Source: an uncultured Chloroflexia bacterium (GTDB taxonomy: Bacteria > Chloroflexota > UBA6077 > JACCZL01). Taken from it: DNA of 64,000 nucleotides. The position numbers and the translations under genes are program-made. The stretch lies in the NCBI GenBank assembly GCA_963765765.1, contig CAVXYC010000020.1, positions 448,001 through 512,000 on the forward strand, in the 5' to 3' direction. Shown here piece by piece: positions 55,462 through 64,000 of this stretch. The notes below the pieces were generated by a model. It searched no databases. It worked only from the letters and a program-made list of their open reading frames with translations, and was not told where the DNA came from. The number at the start of each line of letters is the position of its first letter. Within the stretch, counting starts at the first letter, position 1.

Positions 55462-55740
55462 TGTCTGAAGGTCCCGGCTCGCCGGGGCGGCGGATTGTAA
55501 CACAGGCTTGACGGGCTACCGATGGTCCGAAACGGGGCTGTGACAAAGCGACCGATACGATCTGGTCGCGTTGAATTATCGGTACGGAGGCATTGAGCTT
55601 GGCAATGCGAGGCGCGGAGCGATTGGCAATGGCCAGGAGGCCGATATCACTGATCCAGATTCGCCCGGAAGGCGCCATACCGGGCGCGCAGGCGCTTCGC
55701 GTCGGTTCGAATCGCGCGGAAGAGGCTCCGATCGGGCATA

Positions 55741-56827
55741 TTGAATCCGCTCACGATCGGAATAGGGGTCGTGACGATCACGCTCGTCACCGGAGCGTCC
55801 GTGATACTCTTGCGGCCCGCCGAGGAGTTTGCGCCGGCTCGGGATCTGGTGGATCCGGTGGAGATGCCCACGCTTGATCCAGTGGCAACATCGGATCTAG
55901 ACCTTCCCATCGCGGCACCGTTACCGCCGGTCCCGGATGCGATTGTGGCTGAGCCACCAAATGGACTCCAGGTGGTCCCGTATACCGTCCGTTCTGGAGA
56001 TACCGTCCATGGACTCGCGGAGCGTTTTGGGGTCTCCGCCGAAACGATTGTCTGGGCGAATGACCTGGCAGACGCGGATCTCCTGAGCATCGGCGATACG
56101 CTGGAGATACCCCCGGTGAGCGGTGTGCTTCACCGCGTTAGACCCGGCGATACAGCTGCGGAGCTGGTGTCGTTCTACGGTGGCGCACTGCGTGAGGTAT
56201 TCGAGGTGAATCGCTTGGAGCCGCCGTTCATCATTGTCGTGGGCCAGCCACTCCTGATTCCCGGTGGAAAGGTGCCACCTTCCGTAACTCCTGAGGCCTC
56301 GGCGGAATCCGCTTGCGGCCTCGGCGCAGTTACCGCCATTGGCGATACCGCCTGCCGCGACGGAGGATCAGCGCTCGTTTATTCTGGGTCACGCTCGGGC
56401 CGCCCAGCGATCGCAGAAATCGACCGGTATCCCCGCATCGGTCACACTGGCACAAGCGATTCTTGAAACCTATTGGGGAACCAGTCGTCTATCGCGCGAA
56501 GCGCACAACTACTTTGGCATCAAGGCCCGCGAAGAGCCCGGCCCAGCCGGCGTCATCACCTTCAATGTTTGGGAGCATGTGAACGGGCGCGACATCTACA
56601 GCAATGAGCCGTTCCGCCGATACCACAGCGCGGAGGAATCTTTTGTGGATCACGCAAACTGGTTTCACCGCTGGCCTCGCTACGCGGCAGCGCTTGGAGT
56701 ACGTCAAGACCCCAAGGCCTTTGCCCGTGCGATCAATCAAGCAGGCTACGCCACCGATCCCGCGTACTCCGCCAAGCTCATCAGTCTGATGGATAAGTTC
56801 AACCTGTATGCGTACGATTTGGGATAG
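55741..56827 (+). CDS. LysM x2 + GH73 glucosaminidase cell-wall hydrolase (frameshifted)
   Basis: YTVRSGDT and HRVRPGDT LysM motifs; AQAILET, NYFGIK, GYATDPAY. Confidence 0.9.
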
Positions 56828-57126
56828 GAGCATGCGGCGATCCAAACAAGCCGTCCCTAACTCTTGACTTTCCGCCCGAACGCGGATGCGCTGTTCTCGA
56901 TACTGGCGGTCGGCGCACCATCAGTCACAGGTCGGCTCCATCAACCAGCCTCCGAGCCGCGCAAATGAGTAAGCGGTTTCTCTCGCCATCTCAACGTCCA
57001 CAGTTGTTCGGGAGATGAACCGCCAACTCACGTGCGCAGCGCTGTCGCATTAGATGCTTGTGTTCGGGGTCAGGTCGTTCGCGAGGAGCCGCACATCCTT
57101 GTGGGATGCGGCTCTATCAGGCGGAC

Positions 57127-57708
57127 TCAGCAGCTGGCAGGAACAAGCGGCAGTCCGAGCTCCAGGCGTATGACTGACGCATTCACGGGAAAGACTTGCA
57201 GGACTTGCTCCAGCGGCTCGCCAGTGGTGAGGGATTGGATGACGTTCATCGTCACCTTATGCGTGACAATGACCACCGATCCCTCGGGCCAGGCCTGCGC
57301 GACGTCCGCAAGCCCCTCTCTTACTCGTGCCACGACCTCAGCGATGGACTCGCCGCCGGGAGGCCGAGATTCCATCGGATGCTCCATCCAGAACGCATGC
57401 TCCTTCGGATAGGCCCCGAGGATCTCTGGCAGGGTGAGACCTTCCCAGACGCCCAGATTCACTTCGTTGAACCGGGGATCGCGCTGGACCTCCAGGGCGT
57501 GGCGCCGTGCGATTGCCTCGGCGGTGCGTAACGCCCGCTGAAGACCGCTCGCATAGATAGCGTCAATCGGCATCAGCGCTAGCTCGTCCGCCAGCGCCTC
57601 TGCCTGGCGAACGCCCTGATCGTTGAGCGGGACATCCGACTGTCCCTGATACCGTCCCTCGATGTTCCATTCCGTAGCGCCGTGTCGGCAGACCAGGAGG
57701 CTTGTCAT
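57127..57708 (-). CDS. Histidine phosphatase (phosphoglycerate-mutase family)
   Basis: RHGATEWN, QGQSDVPL, GGES, VTH. Confidence 0.9.
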   Translation of the reverse strand: MTSLLVCRHGATEWNIEGRYQGQSDVPLNDQGVRQAEALADELALMPIDAIYASGLQRALRTAEAIARRHALEVQRDPRFNEVNLGVWEGLTLPEILGAYPKEHAFWMEHPMESRPPGGESIAEVVARVREGLADVAQAWPEGSVVIVTHKVTMNVIQSLTTGEPLEQVLQVFPVNASVIRLELGLPLVPASC

Positions 57709-57821
57709 GAACTCTCCCTTCCCAAATCTTCGCACAACGCGACAGATCCAGAGCGAGCCGCGGCAACGACCTGTCGATCGAGACTGGAGAACGACCAGTT
57801 CCGTTGGGCGCAGCAACTCTG

Positions 57822-57857
57822 AAAAGGAAAAACCGCGGCGCATATGAGCGCCGCGGT
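57822..57857 (-). terminator. Intrinsic terminator after sulfite reductase
   Basis: ACCGCGGCGC-N6-GCGCCGCGGT with a T-tail on the minus strand. Confidence 0.65.
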
Positions 57858-57863
57858 CGAGAA

Positions 57864-59576
57864 CTAGACGAGCGCCGGTTCGGGCTCGCTCAGGGCTTTC
57901 AATCGCTCCAGCCCTACTCTGTGACAGAAGTCACCAAAGCCTTCTCCCGTGAATCGCTCATCGCGAAATGCCAGGAAGAGCGGGCGCAGTCGATCGGGGA
58001 TCTCATCGGATGGAACGAGGTCGGCGAGGAGCGTGTTCAATCGCGTGCCCTCGAAATCGCCGCCCACGTAGAGCTGGTACTTGCCGAGCGTACGCCCCAC
58101 CAGTCCAATATCTCCGATATACGGTCGCGCGCAACCGTTGGGGCAACCGGTCATGCGAACGCTGAGCTGCTCACCACCCAGGCCAAGCTCAGACATCAGG
58201 CCATGGATTCGGCGAACGATCGACGGCAGAACACGCTCGGATTCGGCCACTGCCAGGCCACAGGTGGGGATTGCGGGACATGCCATACTGTTAAGCAGAA
58301 CATTTGGCAGATCGCCGGCCAACGGAACCCCGTACCCCCGAAGGATCTGCTCGATCGCTCCGCGGTCCTTTGCCTTGACGTCGGTGAAAATCAGATTCTG
58401 TAATGCAGTCAGGCGAATTCCTGGCTTGAACTTCTCCACGATCTCGCGGAAGGCTGTCTTCATGTAGACGCCGTTGGCGTCCTGCAAACGACCATTCTCA
58501 ATGAAGATGCCGAGATACCACTTCCCGTCGTACTGCTTGTGCCAGCCGAAGTGATCGCCCGCGTGGTTCCATTCCAACGGCCGAGGCGGAGCCAGCGAAC
58601 GGCCCAGTCGGCGCTCAACTTCCGCGCGGAACTTGTCGATACCCCAATCTTCGACGAGGTACTTCATGCGCGCTCGCCGGCGATTATCTCGTCGGCCATT
58701 GTCACGCTGGACCTCAATGATCGTGAGAAAGAGCTCCTCAAGCTGATCGGGCTCCACAAACCCGAGCGGCTGTGCCAGAAGCGGGTATGTCTCGGACTGG
58801 CCATGCGTCATGCCCATGCCGCCACCCACGACAACTGTGAAACCGGCCAGCTTGCCATCGTCGATGTGGGCCACCATGCCGATGTCCTGGGAGAAGACAT
58901 CGATACAGTTATCCCCTCAATCGCCAGGCCAGACTTGAACTTTCGGGGCAGGTATGTCTCACCGTAGAGCGGATCAGCTTCCTGTTCGGTGGAGATGATT
59001 TTCTCGCCATCCATCCAGATCTCGTGATAGGCCTTGGTGGTTGGCAGGGTGCGATCGCTGAGCTGGTGCGCGTAACGTTGAACTTCGGACGAGCACAGCG
59101 CGATCGTACGGCGCAGGACAAGCCACCAGATTGCGCTCAACATCACCGCAAGCGCCAAGCGTGGTGACGAGGGCGTCATTCATGGACTTAATGGTCTTCT
59201 TCAGATTGCCCTTGCCCACGTAATGGAGCTGGAAGCACTGGCGCGTCGTGACGCGAAGTGTGTTGTTCGCATACGTCGAAGCGATATCGTCGAAGGCGAG
59301 GTACTGATCTGCGGTCAATTCGCCGCCCGGGATCTTGGCGCGGATCATCATGATCCATTCGCGATCACGCTTCTCGGCTCGAGCCTTCAAGCGCTCGTCG
59401 CGATTGTCTTGCTGATAGACGCCATGAAACTTGAGGAGGTTGTATTCATCCTCCGAAAAGTGACTGGCGTCGCCTTCGAGTGTCTCTTTGATCGTGCCGC
59501 GTAGGTGCTTACTACCCTCTTTGAGTAGCTCGACTCCAACGCGCTTGACTGGCGGTGCGGACTCAGCCCCGGACAT
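57864..59576 (-). CDS. Assimilatory sulfite/nitrite reductase hemoprotein (CysI/Sir-like; frameshifted)
   Basis: KFHGVYQQD, TTRQ, ACGDVERN, LPRKFK, CPAIPTC..GCPNGC siroheme/[4Fe-4S] ligands. Confidence 0.92.
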
Positions 59577-59621
59577 CTCTAGGCCTCCCTGACGGTCATC
59601 TACTCACATACTAATGGCCCG

Positions 59622-59653
59622 ATAGTAGACGATGTCGACTGACTTAGTCAACA
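59622..59653 (-). promoter_or_regulatory. Promoter overlapped by an Rrf2/IscR-type palindrome
   Basis: TTGACT-N18-TACTAT on the minus strand; TGTCGACT-N5-AGTCAACA at 59633..59653. Confidence 0.6.
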
Positions 59654-59781
59654 AACTTTACCCCGTATCAAGTTCTCTATTTCAACGAAATGCTACAGCG
59701 GAATTGTCGTCAATTACATCGCGTGAGCATCAATAGTAGCCGCGCCGAGACTGGTTCCCGGCCTGGCTATAATGCCAGCGC

Positions 59782-61089
59782 ATGGCCACAAAGTCTACTT
59801 CGACATTCCCCGCCTTCGTACAGCGGCTCGGCGTTCACTACGCCTGGATTGTCGTTGCGCTGACATTCTGCTCCGTACTAGCGGGAGCAGGAATCCGGGC
59901 TGCGCCGCCAATATTCATCGTGCCTTTTGAGCAGGAGTTTGGCTGGAGCCGCGCGGACCTCTCTCAAGCCATCTCATTGAACCTACTAATGTACGGAATC
60001 GGCGGTCCGCTGGCTGGAAAGCTGATCGAGCTTCGTGGCGTGCGGTTCGTGCAGATGGCCGGCCTGACGATGTTAGGCGTTGGCGTTACCGGAACGCTGT
60101 TTATGAGCTCACTCTGGCAGCTCAATTTGCTGTGGGGACTGATCGTCGGACTTGGAGCTGGAGGTGCAGCCACTGTCTCATCGGCGGCCGTGGCTACACG
60201 CTGGTTCGTGAAGCGACGGGGCCTGGCTAGCGGAGTTCTGACAAGCGCCGTCTCCATGGGTCAGCTCATCTTCTACCCATCGCTAATGGCGATCGTGCTT
60301 GCATTCGATTGGCGCGTGGCGGCCGCCCTCCTCGCGGCCCTTGCGTTCACCGTGCTTGTCCCACTGGCACTGTTCACACGGAATGATCCCTCGGAGCTCG
60401 GCCTGCGCCCCTACGGTGACGATAAGCCGGTAGGCTCAGCACATCTGACGCCCCTTCAGGCTGAGCCTCGTGTTGCCGGCAGCGAGGTTATGCGCGCATC
60501 CACGTTCTGGCTGCTATTCGGCGCGTTCTCCACCTGTGGCGCTACCACAGCTGGTCTTATTGGGACCCACCTTATTCCACACGCTGTGGATCACGGAATC
60601 TCGCAAATGACCGCGGCATCCACGATTGGCATGATGGGCTTCCTGAACTTCTTCGGGACCATCGGCTCGGGATGGCTAACAGACAGAATGGACCCGCGAA
60701 AGATCCTTGCCGGTGCGTTTCTTGTCCGCGGCGTAGCATTGTTGATGTTACCGACACTGTCATCGATGACATTTTTCGATACAGTTCCCGGTCTTTTTGT
60801 GTTTGGGGTGATATTCGGACTGGATTGGCTCGCAACCGGCCCGCCGCTCATCTCCCTTATAGCTGATAGATTCGGACGCCGCTCGACGCCTTACGTCTTT
60901 GGCTGGGTCTTCCTGGGTCACCAGCTCGGGTCGGCGATGGCAGCCTGGGGAGGCGGGTACGCGCGCGTTGCCTTTGGCGATTACGGCCCGGCGTTCTTCA
61001 TCGCCGGACTTGTCGCATTCGGCGGCGCCATCCTGGGCCTGCGGGTGCGCCGACCCCAACCGCAACAGCCACTACCCGTCGCCGCGTAG
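59782..61089 (+). CDS. MFS transporter (OFA/MCT-like)
   Basis: HYAWIV, EFGWSRA, RWFVKRRGLA, GWLTDR; about 12 TM segments. Confidence 0.9.
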   Translation: MATKSTSTFPAFVQRLGVHYAWIVVALTFCSVLAGAGIRAAPPIFIVPFEQEFGWSRADLSQAISLNLLMYGIGGPLAGKLIELRGVRFVQMAGLTMLGVGVTGTLFMSSLWQLNLLWGLIVGLGAGGAATVSSAAVATRWFVKRRGLASGVLTSAVSMGQLIFYPSLMAIVLAFDWRVAAALLAALAFTVLVPLALFTRNDPSELGLRPYGDDKPVGSAHLTPLQAEPRVAGSEVMRASTFWLLFGAFSTCGATTAGLIGTHLIPHAVDHGISQMTAASTIGMMGFLNFFGTIGSGWLTDRMDPRKILAGAFLVRGVALLMLPTLSSMTFFDTVPGLFVFGVIFGLDWLATGPPLISLIADRFGRRSTPYVFGWVFLGHQLGSAMAAWGGGYARVAFGDYGPAFFIAGLVAFGGAILGLRVRRPQPQQPLPVAA

Positions 61090-61426
61090 CAGCTCCGCGG
61101 ATTGGGCTAGGGGCGTTCCTCACCGCTTCCACTGAAGCCGGCCTCTGTGTCGGTGCGTTCCGAATGGAACGACCGGGCGCCAGCCCTTTGACTCGGCGTT
61201 CTTCGCCGCTTTTGCCAGGGTGGAAGCGTCTTCAGTGTCGCTCCGCACCGTTAGAAAGCGACGAGGACCGCCACAGTCAAGGCTTCAGTTCGGATCCGCC
61301 TGCGCATCGATTTTCTTGTGGACTCTTTCAACTGGCGATATACTGCCCGCCATTGATCTGAACGAATGCAATGGCGCTGTCACAGGATTGACAGCGCTCG
61401 ATTGCCCTGGAAGGGGAGCCATTATC

Positions 61427-62655
61427 GTGCGAATGTCGTTCTGGGCATCTGTCGTCTCAACCGCGTTGATCACCGTCGCGTGCTCACCCGCGGCCGCACC
61501 GGCGCCAACCGCGGCGCCGGCCAAGCCGACCGCCGCTAGTGCTGCACCATCAGGGTCACCCGCGGCGGCTGGTTCCCCGGCGGCTGCTGGCTCTCCCGCG
61601 GCGGCTGCATCTCCTGCGGCGGGCGCCGCACCGGCATCCGCTGCACCAGCAAACAAGCCAGCGGTTGATCCGGATTACGCGTTCTTTGCTGGGAAGACCG
61701 TGCGCATCCTGGTTCCATTTGCCCCAGGTGGCGGCCAGGACATCGCCGCTCGACTATTTGCTAGCAAGTGGGGCGACCAGTTTCCCAACAAGCCCAATTT
61801 CATCGTGGAGAACATGCCCGGCGCCGGAGGCGCGACCGGCATGCGCGATCTAATCGAGAAGAAGGCTCCCGATGGTCTGACGCTCATCGTCCCGGGCTCG
61901 GGAGTGGCGCTTCGCTGGCTCCTCAAGGAGCAAGGCCACAACTATCCAATGGACAAAATGCCGGCTATTGGTGCAATGCCTCCGGCACCGTTACGGTAGC
62001 ACGGGTGGATGCTGGGTTCCCGCTCGAGAAGCTCGTCGGTCGCGACAAGCCGCTGCGCGCGGTCACAATGCCCCAGGTGCCCTCGGACCTGTTGCGGATG
62101 CGCTCATCATGCGGATGCTGGGCATCCCCATGGACTTCATCTACGGTTTCGAGGGTTACGGCGAGGTCGCGATCGCGGTCGAGCGGGGCGAGATCGAAGA
62201 GTCGAACCGGGGATGCCTGGGTACCTACAGACCTGGCTACCCATGGTTGAAAGCAAGATGGTCTACCCACTCTTCCAGATTGGCCAGCTCGATGCCCAGG
62301 GGAGGTCCAACGTAGCCCGGTCATGCCGAACTGCCCACGGGATATGAGGAGTACAAGCGCATCAAGGGCGCCGAGCCCCGGCGACGGACTGGGAGGCGTA
62401 CCGTGTCCTGATCGGCATGAGCGCGCTCTCGGGAGTGGTTCTGACACACCCGGACATTCCAGCTGATCGTCTGTCCGCCCTACGGGACAGCTTCAACAAG
62501 ATGACCAATGACCCGGGCTGGGGCGCAGAGACCCAGCGAGTGCTGGGGCTAGCCGGCCCCAGCAGTGAGTGGCGACGTATCGGAGGGCTTCCATGCAGGT
62601 CATGATCAAGGCGCCGCCGTCGGTAGTAGACGTGTTGTCAAAGGCCGGTAGGTAG
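61427..62655 (+). CDS. TctC/Bug-like substrate-binding lipoprotein (frameshifted)
   Basis: Lipobox TVAC, GSPAAA repeats, GKTVRILVPFAPGGGQD, VENMPGAGG, APDGLT, AVERGE. Confidence 0.8.
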
Positions 62656-62883
62656 GACCTTCGTTCCCTGATAGCCCTTTCAGTGACGCGACGAGCTTGG
62701 ATCTCGGCGAGTGATCGTTGCTTTCTGGAGACCGATCCGCAGGGAGCACAGCAAGCAACTCCCTGCGGATCTCAATTCATTGTGGACCGACGGGCCCGGC
62801 GATATACTGGCCGCCATCGACCCAAAGGCAAGCCCTTGACGCTGACCAAGCGATACAGCGCCACAAAGGTGTGGGAGGGAGCC

Positions 62884-64000
62884 GTGACCGTGCGATTGTC
62901 ACTCTGGTCAGCCGTCCTGACTGCCGCGTTCTCCGCGCTGGCTTGTTCGCCCGGAGCGCCGGCCTCGCCCACGGCCGCCCCAGCGAAGCCAACAGCGGCT
63001 ACCGGGGCCGCTCCCGCAGGCTCGCCCGCCGCCGCTGCGTCCCAGGGCGCTGCCGCCTCTCCAGCGGCTGGCGCTCCAGCAACAGGCGCAGCGCCAGCCG
63101 CGGCCAACAAGCCCGCGTCGCTCCCGACTACGCATTCTTCGGAGGCAAGACAGTCCGAATCCTTGTGCCATTCGCGCCGGGTGAGGACAGGACCTGCGGC
63201 TCGGATGTTCGCCAGCAGGTGGGGTGACTATTTCCCGAACAAGCCCAATTTCATTGTGGAAAACATGCCGGGAGCAGGTGGAGCCACCGGATGCGCGACC
63301 TCATCGAGAAGAAAGCGCCTGACGGTCTGACCCTGATCGTCCCCGGCTCAGGTGTGGCGCTGCGCTGGCTGCTAAAGGAGCAAGGGCACAACTATCCCAT
63401 GGACAAGATGCCCGCGATCGGCGCGATTCCGTCCGCGGGCGTGGTAGTCGTTCGAACCGACGCCGGCTTCCCCATTGAGAAGCTGATCGAGCGAGACAAA
63501 CCACTGCGCGGCGGTCAAAACGCGCCCGCGCCCTTGGACCGGTCGCCGATGCGCTCATCATGCGCATGCTGGGCATCCCGGTCGATTTCATCTACGGGTT
63601 TGAGGTTACGGTGAGGTCGCGATTGCAGTCGAGCGTGGCGAGATCGAGGAGACGACCCGGCGATGCCGAGCTATCTCCAGACCTACATGCCAATGGTCGA
63701 AAGTAAGCTCATTTACCCACTCTTCCAGACAGGCCAGCTCAACGAAAATGGAGAAGTTGTCCGAAATTCGTTGGCCCCGACTCTTCCAACCGGCGTTGAG
63801 GAGTACAAGCGCCTCAAGGGTACGGAGCCCGCTGGCCCGGACTGGGAGGCCTACAAGGTCCTGGTAGGCATGAGCGCCCTGACGGGCGCGGCCCTCACCC
63901 ATCCGGAATACCCGGCCGATCGGCTGTCTGCCCTGCGCGAAAGCTTTTTGAAAATGATCAATGATCCCAGCTGGGGGCCAGAGACAGCCCGCGTCCTCGG
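62884..64000 (+). CDS. Second TctC/Bug-like lipoprotein paralogue (frameshifted; runs off right edge)
   Basis: Near-identical motifs to the upstream gene (FPNKPNFIVENMPGAGG, KAPDGLTLIVPGSGVALRWLLKEQGHNYPMDKMP). Confidence 0.8.

Overview
GC-rich bacterial DNA, probably Chloroflexota (inferred from Ser/Pro/Ala-rich lipoproteins, XRE-STAND-TPR regulator, TctC-like binding proteins and PdaD-type polyamine operon). Many genes, including housekeeping ones, are split by single-base frameshifts, most likely long-read indel errors. Three zones: (1) 1-17 kb: secreted lipoproteins, an ftsH paralogue, and four tandem paralogous secreted proteins (variable acidic beta-domain plus two CARDB domains) divergent from an XRE-HTH/STAND-ATPase/TPR regulator. 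(2) About 17-37.3 kb: accreted integrative elements at the 3' end of tRNA-Phe. Evidence is a 21-bp att repeat (20336 and 37276) with arm-like repeats at identical spacing, one near-intact tyrosine integrase and three integrase relics. Cargo includes a proteasome-beta-like Ntn protein and a giant fusion of six Zn-ribbon repeats, an SF2 helicase and an Rrp8/nucleomethylin-like methyltransferase, the best candidate here for an undescribed system. (3) 37.3-64 kb: core genes: tRNA-Leu/Val/Phe, Zn-dehydrogenase, pyrF, phnDCE, thiD, S41 protease, pdaD-speD-speE-speB, trmI, LysM-GH73 hydrolase, sulfite reductase, MFS transporters and two TctC-like lipoproteins. All family assignments come from motif recognition by eye; no database search was run.
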